NCBI GenBank assembly: GCA_034434835.1
Contig: DAOTXX010000019.1
Span: 21,361-85,360 of the forward strand
Length of the DNA stretch: 64,000 nt
Reading direction: 5' to 3'
Origin: Thermoflexales bacterium
GTDB taxonomy: Bacteria > Chloroflexota > Anaerolineae > Fen-1058
The notes beneath the pieces are model-generated. The model was not told where the DNA came from. It did no database searches and saw nothing but the letters and a program-made list of their open reading frames with translations. This document shows positions 36,648 through 47,914 of this stretch, one piece after another (positions within the stretch are counted from its first letter, which is position 1; every line of letters begins with the position of its first letter). The translations under genes and the position numbers were made by a program.

Positions 36648-37133
36648 TCAGCCACGCGAAGCGGCCATCCGCGACAAGCGATAGGCGAGGAGCAAAAGGA
36701 TCAGCCCTGCGCCGTCGAACGCGATGAACCGCAAGCCGGTGGCGCGCAGCGCGTCGTGGCCGGCGGGCAATCCGATCAGCATCAGCGATTCGCCGACAAG
36801 CCCGATGACTTGCATCGCCAGGACGCACGCCAGGGCGACGCGATGCCGGACCGGATGCAGGATCGCCGGAACGAACGGCACGGCCCACATCAAAAACAGG
36901 AGGCCGAATCCGCGCACGGCGACTTGGCCCGGCACGCCGCTCAACTCGAACGCGGCGGCGTAATCCGCGGGACGAACGACGTAGGGGATAGCCGCGCTCA
37001 GGTTGGAGACCAGGACCATCAACAGCATGACGCGGGCGAGGCGAACGCGGCTGGCGTCTCGTAAATGACTTGCTTGCATGGTTTCGAGCGGATAGACGAA
37101 TGACCCAAGTCGCCATCTTTCGTCATTGGTCAT
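36648..37133 (-). CDS. Hypothetical 4-TM membrane protein
   Basis: The hydrophobic frame is plausible, whereas the alternative frame is Arg-rich nonsense. An ATGA overlap with mobB suggests coupling. Confidence 0.45.
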   Translation of the reverse strand: MTNDERWRLGSFVYPLETMQASHLRDASRVRLARVMLLMVLVSNLSAAIPYVVRPADYAAAFELSGVPGQVAVRGFGLLFLMWAVPFVPAILHPVRHRVALACVLAMQVIGLVGESLMLIGLPAGHDALRATGLRFIAFDGAGLILLLLAYRLSRMAASRG

Positions 37134-37624
37134 TCGTCCTTCGTCAAAAAACGACGCTCAATCAAATCCACCAGCCCCCTGGCGTCGTCCAATCCAAACT
37201 GCGGCACGTCCAAGTCGAAAGGCTGGTCGGTGGCGAGCGCGACGAGTTCCTGGCGCGTGCACAGCAATTCGCGCCCCTTGGCCGCGCGGCTGACTTCGAT
37301 CTTGAGCGCCGGCCCGCGCTTGTAACCTTCGGTGAGGATAATGTCTACGTCGTGGATCGTGGAGACGATCTCGGGCAGGGTCAGTTCGCGCTCGATGTGT
37401 TGAATGTGCGCGATGCGCGTGGGCGAGGCGATGACGACGTGATCCGAGCCAGCCTGCGCGTGCCGCCAGGTGTCCTTGCCGGGCTGGTCCAGCTCAAAGC
37501 TGTGCGCGTCATGTTTGATGGTCGCCACGCGATAGCCGCGCGCTTTGAGCTCCCGGATCAGTTTTTCCAGCAGCGTCGTCTTGCCTACGTCGGATTTACC
37601 GACGATAGAGAGGACAGGGATCAT
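37130..37624 (-). CDS. mobB: Molybdopterin-guanine dinucleotide biosynthesis adapter protein MobB
   Basis: Start is trimmed to MIPVLSIVGKSDVGKTTLLEKLIREL, which carries the Walker A motif and is preceded by GGAAGG. Confidence 0.8.
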   Translation of the reverse strand: MIPVLSIVGKSDVGKTTLLEKLIRELKARGYRVATIKHDAHSFELDQPGKDTWRHAQAGSDHVVIASPTRIAHIQHIERELTLPEIVSTIHDVDIILTEGYKRGPALKIEVSRAAKGRELLCTRQELVALATDQPFDLDVPQFGLDDARGLVDLIERRFLTKDE

Positions 37625-37686
37625 GTCGCCTTCCCGGGTTAGTGCGAGTATAATAATAGCACATTGCAGAGATTTGGTGAGCACTC

Positions 37687-38784
37687 ATGCCCGAACCCAT
37701 TGGCCCGCGTGTGATCGGCACCTGGCGCGCAGAACGGTGGCAAGCCGACTGGCGGCGACGCCTTCGCGCCAGTCTGCGCGACCTGCTCGTGCTGCTGCGC
37801 GAGTTTCGCCTCATGCTGCTCCTCTTTGCTGCCTTGATGCTGATCGGCACGCTGTCATTCTGGCAGCTCTACCAAGACCCCGAGACCGGCCAGCGGCTGG
37901 GCGTGTTGCGATCGCTGTATGGCGTGTTTACGCTGGTGTTCTTCCAGGTGGCGTTCCCGTTTCCCAATCATCTCTGGCTCGACCTGTTGTACTTTATCAT
38001 CCCGATCGTCGGTCTGACCGCCCTGGCGAACGGCGTGGTGCGCTTTGGCGTGATGCTGTTCAACAAGCAAGCACGCAAGGAGGAATGGCAGGTGGCACTG
38101 GCTTCGACGTATCGCAAGCACATCGTTGTGTGTGGACTGGGCAAGGTCGGCTATCGCGTCGTCCGTCAGTTGTTGGATTTCGGCGAAGAGGTCGTCGGCA
38201 TCGAGCGAGAGCCATCACGCCCGTTCGTCAGCATCCTGCAACAGGGAGGGGTGCCCGTGATCGTCGCAGACGCGCGCCAGCGCGAGGTGTTGACCCAGGC
38301 GGGTGTCCAGCACGCCTCGGCGCTGGTGGCCTGCACCCAAGACGACCTGACCAACCTGGACATTGCTCTGGATGCGCGCGAGCTGAACCCTGACATCAAG
38401 ATCGTCATGCGCATGTTCGATGCGGAGCTGGCGAAAAAGATCGAGCGCGGCTTTGGCATCCACACGGCGTTTAGCGTGTCGGCGCTGGCGGCGCCCGCGT
38501 TTGCAGCGGCCGCCACGCGCGCCAACGTGTCGTATTCGTTTTACATGGACGATGTGCTGCTCAACGTCAGCCAGGTGACGATTGAACATGGCTCGCCATT
38601 GGTGGGCAAGACGCTCGCTCAGATCGAGCGCGAGCTGGACTTGACCATCGTCCAGTACAAGAGCGCGACCCGAATGGACCTGCACCCGGATCCCAACATC
38701 GTCATCGAGGGGAACGATTGCATCGCCGTGTTTGCCGAGCTGGGAACGCTGGGCCAGTTGAACACCCTGGCCAGGCCCAAGTAG
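37687..38784 (+). CDS. Membrane protein with TrkA-N/RCK NAD-binding domain (ion-channel-like N-terminus lacking GYG filter)
   Basis: Three TM helices are followed by the Rossmann motif VVCGLGKVGYRVVRQL and a second RCK-C-like region. Confidence 0.65.
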   Translation: MPEPIGPRVIGTWRAERWQADWRRRLRASLRDLLVLLREFRLMLLLFAALMLIGTLSFWQLYQDPETGQRLGVLRSLYGVFTLVFFQVAFPFPNHLWLDLLYFIIPIVGLTALANGVVRFGVMLFNKQARKEEWQVALASTYRKHIVVCGLGKVGYRVVRQLLDFGEEVVGIEREPSRPFVSILQQGGVPVIVADARQREVLTQAGVQHASALVACTQDDLTNLDIALDARELNPDIKIVMRMFDAELAKKIERGFGIHTAFSVSALAAPAFAAAATRANVSYSFYMDDVLLNVSQVTIEHGSPLVGKTLAQIERELDLTIVQYKSATRMDLHPDPNIVIEGNDCIAVFAELGTLGQLNTLARPK

Positions 38785-38968
38785 CGTTATCCCTCTCGTA
38801 GGTTTGTAACCTGCGGGAGGGTTCATTCTTAGTCCAAAAGGACTAGACCCCCTCTCCCTTTCCCCTCTGACGGGTCATAGACACCTGTCACGCGCCTCAC
38901 CTATAATAAAGTCACTTGTGTCCACCTTTGTGGAGGCGCAGCCCTCGCAAGGGTGAATCCGATGACTT

Positions 38969-40078
38969 ATGAGCCAGTGTCGAGTTCTCATCGTCTCTGA
39001 TCATCCTCTGTTTGCCGAAGGCGTTGGACGGCTGCTGGGCAACCAGGCCGGGCTGAAGGTCGTCGGCGTGCTTTCGGCCGAAGAGGCAGTCGTCAACATT
39101 CTCAGCCACAGCCCCGATGTCGTCATCGTGGATACCGACCGCGCGAATCAGACGATGCTGTTGCGGATGCTGCGCGAAAATCCGGGCACCAAGTTCATCG
39201 GCCTGTCGCTCGACAACAACGACATCAACCTGTACTACCAGCGCAGCAAAAAGACGACCGGCGTCGAGGCGCTGGTCGAGGCGATCCGGGAGCCGCTCGA
39301 ATGGAAGCCGCCCGAGCCTCGGCTGCGTCTGCTCGTCGTGACGCAAGACGCCTACGGCCAACGCATCGCCGATAACATCCGGCACTCGGCGCCGGAGCAT
39401 TGGATCGTCCAACAGTGGGTCGTCCCGCCAGCGCTCTTGAGCGCGCCCGATCCGCGCGAGCTGCTGCCGTCCACGCTGCCGTCCTTTGAGCTGATCCTGA
39501 GTCTGGGGCAGTCGCCGGTCGTTGCGCAACTGCTGCCCGACATCGCGTGCATGACCAACGCTAAAGGCATCATTGCGCCGATTGATGACGAACGCTGGTT
39601 GCCCTCTGACCTGAGAGCCGCCCTGGGCACCAGGTTGGAGCAAATGGGGGTGCCGTGTGTGTTCCCCAAACCGTTCTGCACTCTGACCGAAACACGGTAT
39701 AATGCAACCGAACACGAAATTGGCTTTACCGACGGCCCCATCCGCGAGTTTGCCAGCTTCTTTGGCCGACCCGCTTTGAAAATCTCGATTGACGCTCAGA
39801 CGCGCGCGCTCCGGGTGGAGGTGTCCCGCGATGGTCCCTGTGGCTGCGCGCGATACCTGGCCGAACAGCTTGCCGGCGTGCCCGCCAGCGAATTTGAGCA
39901 GCGCGCCCGCCCGGTGCAGCAGCGTTTTCCCTGTTTAGCCAGCGAGATACCCGATAGTGAGTATGGCGTGCCGCTGCTCCAGATCGCCGATCAGGTTTTA
40001 CAGGACGCAGTTTTTCACTCACCCGAACTGCACGCAACGTTACCGATTTTTCTGCAATCGGCTGGGCAGGTCATGTAA
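38969..40078 (+). CDS. Response-regulator receiver domain fused to an uncharacterised Cys-containing C-terminal domain
   Basis: The receiver domain reads RVLIVSDHP...DVVIVDTD...KFIGLS. The ~240-aa C-terminal domain carries CVFPKPFC and CGC motifs. No DNA-binding domain is present. Confidence 0.55.
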   Translation: MSQCRVLIVSDHPLFAEGVGRLLGNQAGLKVVGVLSAEEAVVNILSHSPDVVIVDTDRANQTMLLRMLRENPGTKFIGLSLDNNDINLYYQRSKKTTGVEALVEAIREPLEWKPPEPRLRLLVVTQDAYGQRIADNIRHSAPEHWIVQQWVVPPALLSAPDPRELLPSTLPSFELILSLGQSPVVAQLLPDIACMTNAKGIIAPIDDERWLPSDLRAALGTRLEQMGVPCVFPKPFCTLTETRYNATEHEIGFTDGPIREFASFFGRPALKISIDAQTRALRVEVSRDGPCGCARYLAEQLAGVPASEFEQRARPVQQRFPCLASEIPDSEYGVPLLQIADQVLQDAVFHSPELHATLPIFLQSAGQVM

Positions 40079-40158
40079 GGGTACACTATCTTTGTCATTA
40101 TGGTCTTACCATGTTCCATCCAACCCATCAGAGCCAAAGTCATTCAATGATCGTAACT

Positions 40159-40228
40159 ACTTGGCCAAGCCTCCCGCAGGTTGCTGCGGCGAGCCATTTC
40201 ACATTCAGGCCGTAAAATCGGCTAAACC
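40159..40228. repeat. Perfect 14-bp inverted repeat GCCTCCCGCAGGTT ...(42 nt)... AACCTGCGGGAGGC upstream of the large protease gene
   Basis: The 13-mer core also occurs at 25898-25912 and 38808-38820. Confidence 0.5.
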
Positions 40229-40315
40229 TGCGGGAGGCTGAGCAGTTGCCAATGCTCTTGGTCGCTCATTCTATCTGCGACGGGGTATCGTTCGACAACG
40301 AAAGGAGGACTGGAG

Positions 40316-43300
40316 ATGAGACGCGCATTCAGTCTCGCCATCGTCGCAATGTTCATTGCAGGCCTAGTGATCTCGGCCTGTGGGCCGGGAGCCACCCCTG
40401 GCAAGACTTTGCAAGGTGACAACACAGTGAAGATAAAACTGGCAGAGCCGGTGCGCTTTAACGAGCCGGTTGCGGTCACTATTACGGTGCAGGTAGAAAA
40501 GGAATTTCCTGAATTCGAGATATACCTACTCACACACGACTCTGATGCCATCATAGAAGGCGAAAGAAAATGGACAATCCATGCTTACGCGCACCAACCC
40601 GTCTCGGTGACCAGCAGCGTCAGGTTCACAAGGGAAGGGGACTTTGAAGTGATGGCCCAAACGCACGATCCCACCTTAGGGGGGTGGGTACTGGCGGGGC
40701 ATCAATACGTTCGCATCACCCGTGCAGGCGGGACGGTGAATCCGCCGCCAGATAGGTTGCCTGGCACACCGGGCGGGCTGATCAGGGTTACGCCTTTGTC
40801 ATCTATACCAACACCACTTGCTCCTCCCACGCCGCCCGATAAACCAACACCCAGTCCACCCTCGACCCCACAAGTCATGGTCGTCAATGCCAACCCGGCT
40901 CTTAACCTTCCCATCCCGGATAATGGCGCGTGGGTGACTTGTACCATTCCTATTACTGCTGCCCTACCTGGGGCTACGGTTATCGGCGTGAGCGTCAGGT
41001 TTGACATCACCCACCCACGCGCCCAAGACCTGGTTATGGAACTCGTTGGCCCCGATAAGACGACCGTGTATCGTGTGTGGGATCGCAAGACGCCCACTCG
41101 CGACGATTTTGAGTGGAGCATACGCAAAACGCCGCTCCCAGAAACAACGCCAGGTCCACTGATACCAAGCGCCAGCCAACTTGCCGTCTTTAACGGGCAA
41201 CCTGTCAACGGCAACTGGACACTGCGCGTTCGGGATGAAGCTCCGGGCGAAGCTGGAACCTGGTTAAACGCTTCCCTGGTAGTAAACTATCTGCGCCCTA
41301 CATCAGGCCAGGTTGTTCCCCCTCATCTGTTAGCTGGTAAGAGCCTGATGGGCGCTCAAGCCGCTGCCCAGGGCGACTGGCAGATCATCACCACTGAGGA
41401 CTTTGAGGGCGAGTGGCCTGTATTCTCGCCAGGCTGGTATGTGCGCGATCTGAACTGGGACGGCTACGAGCGTTATTGGGACGATGATGACTATCTGGCG
41501 CACAGTGGCGCCTGGGCAGCTTGGCCTGCCAGAGGCGGCGCTGATGGCCTGGACCCACAGTATTTTTACTACCCCAACAACATGGACACGAGGATGATTT
41601 ACGGCCCTTTTGATCTGAGTGACGCCGTCATGGCCGACACGGATTTTTATTTGTGGCGGGAAATAGAGGCTTACGATTACCTGGTGTTTGAGGTCTCGCA
41701 TGACGGTGCCACTTTTGAACCAAAGGTCTACTGGTCCGGTTCCTCTGGTTGGGAATTCCAAGATGTGTATTACAACAACTATGTGGGTGATAACACGGTG
41801 TGGATAGCTTGGCGTTTTTACAGCAACTCAAGCGGCTTTGACGATGGGCCGTTCGTGGATGATATTCGCATCTGGAAAAAGACGGCCGGTGATGTGACAG
41901 CCAGCGGTTATTTCTACTACTATGACCGCGACGACAATCTCGTGCCGGCCAAGTTCACCCGTGTTCGCCTCTATGATGCCGCCGTGGGGGGCGGCGGCTA
42001 CGAACTAGGCGCGACGACGACAGACGCTAGCGGCCGCTGGACGATTGGCCCAATCCTCAATCAGGACGAACCGGGTCAATTCACCCTCGATCTGTATGCT
42101 GTTGTTGAATTAGATGTGAATGACAGCTTATCGTCACGCCGGAGAGTGACCGACTTTGGAGATCAAACCTACCGCTGGTATACTCAGACTTTCTATGATG
42201 TGCCAGACGGAACGGTGGATTTTGGGGGATTAGCGATTTCCAATGGTGACGTTCAAGAGGCAGCGATGTGGATTTTCCAGGATATGCGTCGAGGTTGGGA
42301 GCACACTCGACACAACCCCGACACCGATCCCGGTTCATCCACTGCTCGATGGGAGAGAAACAAAGATTCATTAGCGCCATGCGCAAACGAGTGCTTTTGG
42401 CCTTTTCCTCCTGTGAACGGAATGTTCATACCCGACGTACGCAAATCGTCCGCTGATATCGTGGTTCACGAACTTGGACATCAGTATATGTACAATGCTA
42501 GCGGGCTGTGGGTAGACCTCTCCTGCCTCGGTCCTCACCAATTGTTTGAAAGAAGGGGCCAGTTGTGCGCCTGGGCTGAAGGGTGGGCTGATTTCCTTTC
42601 ATTGGCGGTGAACGTTGACCCATGCTACGACTGGGGCATGGGCCCTTGCGGCGCGAGAGGTGGAGCCTTTGAAAACCTTGAAATTCCTACTTGGCCAGTT
42701 CCACCCGATCAACGCCCGACAGGTGATGCCGTTGAAGGCCGTGTGGCGGGTGCATTGTACGATCTCTTTGATAGCGCCGATGATGGATATGACCAGACGA
42801 ATTTTGGCTTTACACCTATATGGAACATCGTGCATACTGCGCCAGCCGAATATAGCCTTGCCGACTTTTGGAACAGGTGGAAAGCCAACGGGAACCCCAA
42901 ACATCGCGCCGTGCAAGCCATCTATCAGAACACTATTGACTACGACACAGCGCCGATCATTGCCAACCTGCCGGACTGTATCGTGCTTCAGAACTTGACC
43001 TGGAATGATGCAATTGACCTCTGGCAGTATTCTTTCGACCCAGAAAGCTTTGACTGGGAATTGACCTGGCAGATCGTCAATACGACAGATCCGCGATGCG
43101 GCGCAGGTGTTGACACTTTGGGCAACATAGACCTTGCGCCCCAACCCGGTTGGTTGGGGTCGTGTGATGTGACCGTTCGCGTCTGCGACGGCATCAAGAC
43201 CGGCGACGACACGTTTACAGTGAATGTAGTGCTGGTGAGAGGGAGAGCCTATTTGCCCCTCATCCTGAAGAATGGCGGCGCGCAAGCCCAAAGCACCCAA

Positions 43301-43432
43301 CCTGGCCGCACCTCGTTCATCTCGCCGCTGGCGACGCTGCAAGCCCAACCATCGCCATTCAGGTCGCCATTGCCTACGCCTACACAGTCCAGTTCGTTTG
43401 TTTCACCGTTGCCCACGCCAGCGAGCCCATAA
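40316..43432 (+). CDS. Secreted lipoprotein: large zinc metalloprotease (HExxH) with proprotein-convertase P-domain and Pro/Ser/Thr-rich C-terminal tail
   Basis: The lipobox is LVISAC. The P-domain reads CTIPITAALPGATVIGVSVRFDITHPRAQDLVMELVGPD...NGNWTLRVRDEAPGEAGTW. HELGHQYMYN is the HExxH motif. The C-terminus carries AYLPLILKNG followed by an SPLPTP repeat tail. Confidence 0.75.
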   Translation: MRRAFSLAIVAMFIAGLVISACGPGATPGKTLQGDNTVKIKLAEPVRFNEPVAVTITVQVEKEFPEFEIYLLTHDSDAIIEGERKWTIHAYAHQPVSVTSSVRFTREGDFEVMAQTHDPTLGGWVLAGHQYVRITRAGGTVNPPPDRLPGTPGGLIRVTPLSSIPTPLAPPTPPDKPTPSPPSTPQVMVVNANPALNLPIPDNGAWVTCTIPITAALPGATVIGVSVRFDITHPRAQDLVMELVGPDKTTVYRVWDRKTPTRDDFEWSIRKTPLPETTPGPLIPSASQLAVFNGQPVNGNWTLRVRDEAPGEAGTWLNASLVVNYLRPTSGQVVPPHLLAGKSLMGAQAAAQGDWQIITTEDFEGEWPVFSPGWYVRDLNWDGYERYWDDDDYLAHSGAWAAWPARGGADGLDPQYFYYPNNMDTRMIYGPFDLSDAVMADTDFYLWREIEAYDYLVFEVSHDGATFEPKVYWSGSSGWEFQDVYYNNYVGDNTVWIAWRFYSNSSGFDDGPFVDDIRIWKKTAGDVTASGYFYYYDRDDNLVPAKFTRVRLYDAAVGGGGYELGATTTDASGRWTIGPILNQDEPGQFTLDLYAVVELDVNDSLSSRRRVTDFGDQTYRWYTQTFYDVPDGTVDFGGLAISNGDVQEAAMWIFQDMRRGWEHTRHNPDTDPGSSTARWERNKDSLAPCANECFWPFPPVNGMFIPDVRKSSADIVVHELGHQYMYNASGLWVDLSCLGPHQLFERRGQLCAWAEGWADFLSLAVNVDPCYDWGMGPCGARGGAFENLEIPTWPVPPDQRPTGDAVEGRVAGALYDLFDSADDGYDQTNFGFTPIWNIVHTAPAEYSLADFWNRWKANGNPKHRAVQAIYQNTIDYDTAPIIANLPDCIVLQNLTWNDAIDLWQYSFDPESFDWELTWQIVNTTDPRCGAGVDTLGNIDLAPQPGWLGSCDVTVRVCDGIKTGDDTFTVNVVLVRGRAYLPLILKNGGAQAQSTQPGRTSFISPLATLQAQPSPFRSPLPTPTQSSSFVSPLPTPASP

Positions 43433-43528
43433 TGACACAAGTATGCGAGTCAGTTTCTTCGTCGTAGCACCAGCGGCGCGGCAACAGGCCTGCGCTGCTG
43501 CAAACATCGTCAAAAAGGAGATTAAAAG

Positions 43529-45487
<1,959 letters not shown>

Positions 45488-45489
45488 TC

Positions 45490-45530
45490 GTGTTTTACGC
45501 ATCACGCATCACGTGAAGCGTGATGCGTAA
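45490..45530. repeat. Heptamer-periodic hairpin (ACGCATC x2 / CGTGATGCGTAA) after fhs
   Basis: The sequence reads TTTACGCATCACGCATCACGtgaagCGTGATGCGTAAAG, giving a perfect 12-bp stem. Confidence 0.55.
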
Positions 45531-45548
45531 AGAGCTTGGAGGGAACGA

Positions 45549-45884
45549 ATGGACAAACTAGTTTTGAACGTGCCCACGCTTTGGGCGGATCATCACGTCC
45601 TGCGCGTGCGGGAGGCCTTGGGCCGCTTGAACGGGATCGAAGATGTGTATGCCAGCTCAGCCTGGAAGCAGGTGCTGGTGACTTTTGACGCGGCCAAGAC
45701 GAATCGGGCGGCCATCGAGCAGGCGCTGGCTGAGGCCGGTTACCCCGTGGATCAAGGGGAAACGCCGGTGCTGGTTCAACCCGGCTTGAAAGGCCGCGAT
45801 CCCAAATGGGAAATGTTGGGTGCAAGGGTGACTCAGACGGATCGTGTTGATATCGAAATGTCCGGCGAGTTTAGGAAATATTAG
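45549..45884 (+). CDS. HMA-fold-like small protein with HH in place of CxxC (candidate metallochaperone)
   Basis: It is 111 aa with a beta-alpha-beta-beta-alpha-beta pattern: MDKLVLNVPTLWADHHVLRVREALGRLNGIEDV...AAIEQALAEAGYPV. It sits between fhs and cooS. Confidence 0.45.
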   Translation: MDKLVLNVPTLWADHHVLRVREALGRLNGIEDVYASSAWKQVLVTFDAAKTNRAAIEQALAEAGYPVDQGETPVLVQPGLKGRDPKWEMLGARVTQTDRVDIEMSGEFRKY

Positions 45885-45907
45885 CGATAGGATGGAGGTT
45901 TGAGAAA

Positions 45908-47902
45908 ATGGCAAAAAAGATACGAACACCGCAGGAGGCCAGCGCTGATGCGGCGGCCATGGCGCTTCTGGACCGAGCGTTGAGATTAGAGGTCGAGACG
46001 TGTTTCGTGCGCGCCGACGAGATCGCGCCCTGCCCCATCGGATCCGATGGCCTCTGCTGCCGCAACTGCGCGATGGGGCCTTGCCGTCTGGTGGGGAACG
46101 TCAAACGCGGCGTGTGCGGAGCGACGATAGATACGGTGGTAGCTCGCAACTTTGCCCGGGCCGTGGCGGTCGGCGCGGCCGCGCACTCGGACCATGGGCG
46201 GGGGCTGGCCTATACACTGTTGGAGGCCGCCGAGGGGCACGCGCCAGATTACCAGATTCGTGACCCCTTCAAGCTGCGCGAGATGGCCGGTTACCTGGGC
46301 GTCCAGTCCGACGGGCGGCCGCTGAACGAGGTCGCGAAAGATGTCGCGCTGGCAGCCCTGGGCGAGTTCGGCCGGCTTCAGGGAGAATTGATCTATCTGA
46401 AGCGCGCGCCGGACAGGCGGCAGCAAATCTGGCGCGACCTGGGGATCGCCCCGCGTGCCATAGATCGCGAAGTGGTCGAACTCTTGCATCGCACCCACAT
46501 TGGCAACGACCAGGACGCCGAGCACATCCTGGATCAGGCCATGCGCTGCGCGTTGGCCGATGGCTGGGGCGGCTCGATGCTCGCCACCGACCTGACCGAT
46601 ATCCTCTTTGGCACGCCTTCTCCGATCCAATCGGAAGCGAATCTGGGTGTGCTGCGGCCGGACATGGTCAACATCATTGTCCACGGCCACGAGCCGACAC
46701 TTTCCGAGATGATTGTCGCGGCGTCGCTGGACCCCGAGCTGGTCGCCTATGCCAGGAGCAAAGGGGCACAGGGCATCCAACTGGCGGGCATCTGTTGCAC
46801 CGCCAACGAGACGCTCTTGCGAGAAGGCATCCCGCTGGCGGGGAACTTTTTGATGCAAGAGCTGGCCGTCCTCACCGGCGCGGTCGAGGCGATGGTCGTG
46901 GACATCCAGTGCATCTTTCAGGGCCTGGTCTCTGTGGCGGAGCGCTTCCACACCGAGATCATCACCACCTCGCCCAAAGCCAAGATCACGGGCGCCACGC
47001 ACATCGAGTTCGAAGAGCGCCGGGCGCTCGAGATCGCCAAAGAGATCGTCCGCCGGGCGATTGACCGCTTCCCGCAGCGCGGCGAGACTATGATCCCCGA
47101 CGTCCACAGCGCGCTGGTGCCGGGCTTTTCACACGAGTACATTGATTATGCGCTGGGCGGCATCCATCGAGGGTCTTTCCGCCCGCTCAATGATGCCATC
47201 ATGCAGGGGCGCATCCGCGGCGTGGTCGCCAACATCGGCTGTAACAATGCCCGCATCCCTCACGACTCGCTGCACCGCTACGTGGTCCAAGAGTTCCTCA
47301 AGAACGATGTCCTGGTCGTCGAGACCGGTTGTGGCGCGATCGCCAGCGCCAAGCAGGGCTACATGACGCCCGAGGCGGCCTGGGAAGCCGCCGGGCCGGG
47401 CCTGCGCGAAGTCTGCGAGGCGGTGGGCATGCCGCCGGTGCTGCACATGGGCTCTTGCGTGGACAACTCGCGCATCCTGAGCGTCCTTTCCCAGATGGCA
47501 ACCGAGACCGGCCTGGGCGACGACATCGCCGACATTCCGGCCGTCGGCATGGCGCCCGAGTGGATGAGTGAAAAGGCCCTGTCCATTGCGACTTATTGTG
47601 TGGCTTCCGGGGCGTATGTGATCATGGGCGGCCGCAACCCCGTAGAAGGCAGCGAGACCGTCACGCGCCTGATCAGCGAGGGATGGGAAAAGAAAGTGGG
47701 CGGCAAGCTCGAGTTCATCGAAGACGGCGCCGAGATCGTCCGCCGGGCGCTGGCCCACATTGACGCCAAGCGGGCCGCGCTTCATCTGGCCGAGTACGAT
47801 CCCTCCAGGTGGGGCAAGAGCGGCGACTGGCGTTTGCCCACGCTGCTGGAACTCCCACTGGAAGAACGAGTCGAAGCGGTTTATGGAGCACCGGTGAGGT
47901 AG
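45908..47902 (+). CDS. cooS: Carbon monoxide dehydrogenase catalytic subunit (Ni,Fe-CODH; AcsA/CooS)
   Basis: The B/D-cluster motif is CPIGSDGLCCRNCAMGPCRL. The protein is 664 aa and lies immediately upstream of acsB. Confidence 0.9.
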   Translation: MAKKIRTPQEASADAAAMALLDRALRLEVETCFVRADEIAPCPIGSDGLCCRNCAMGPCRLVGNVKRGVCGATIDTVVARNFARAVAVGAAAHSDHGRGLAYTLLEAAEGHAPDYQIRDPFKLREMAGYLGVQSDGRPLNEVAKDVALAALGEFGRLQGELIYLKRAPDRRQQIWRDLGIAPRAIDREVVELLHRTHIGNDQDAEHILDQAMRCALADGWGGSMLATDLTDILFGTPSPIQSEANLGVLRPDMVNIIVHGHEPTLSEMIVAASLDPELVAYARSKGAQGIQLAGICCTANETLLREGIPLAGNFLMQELAVLTGAVEAMVVDIQCIFQGLVSVAERFHTEIITTSPKAKITGATHIEFEERRALEIAKEIVRRAIDRFPQRGETMIPDVHSALVPGFSHEYIDYALGGIHRGSFRPLNDAIMQGRIRGVVANIGCNNARIPHDSLHRYVVQEFLKNDVLVVETGCGAIASAKQGYMTPEAAWEAAGPGLREVCEAVGMPPVLHMGSCVDNSRILSVLSQMATETGLGDDIADIPAVGMAPEWMSEKALSIATYCVASGAYVIMGGRNPVEGSETVTRLISEGWEKKVGGKLEFIEDGAEIVRRALAHIDAKRAALHLAEYDPSRWGKSGDWRLPTLLELPLEERVEAVYGAPVR

Positions 47903-47914
47903 AAGGGGGAAGAA

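Noticed and set aside
37687-38784. Calling this a K+ channel
   Set aside because: The TrkA-N/RCK Rossmann domain is clear, but the membrane part lacks a GYG selectivity filter, so only a generic RCK-domain membrane protein is called.
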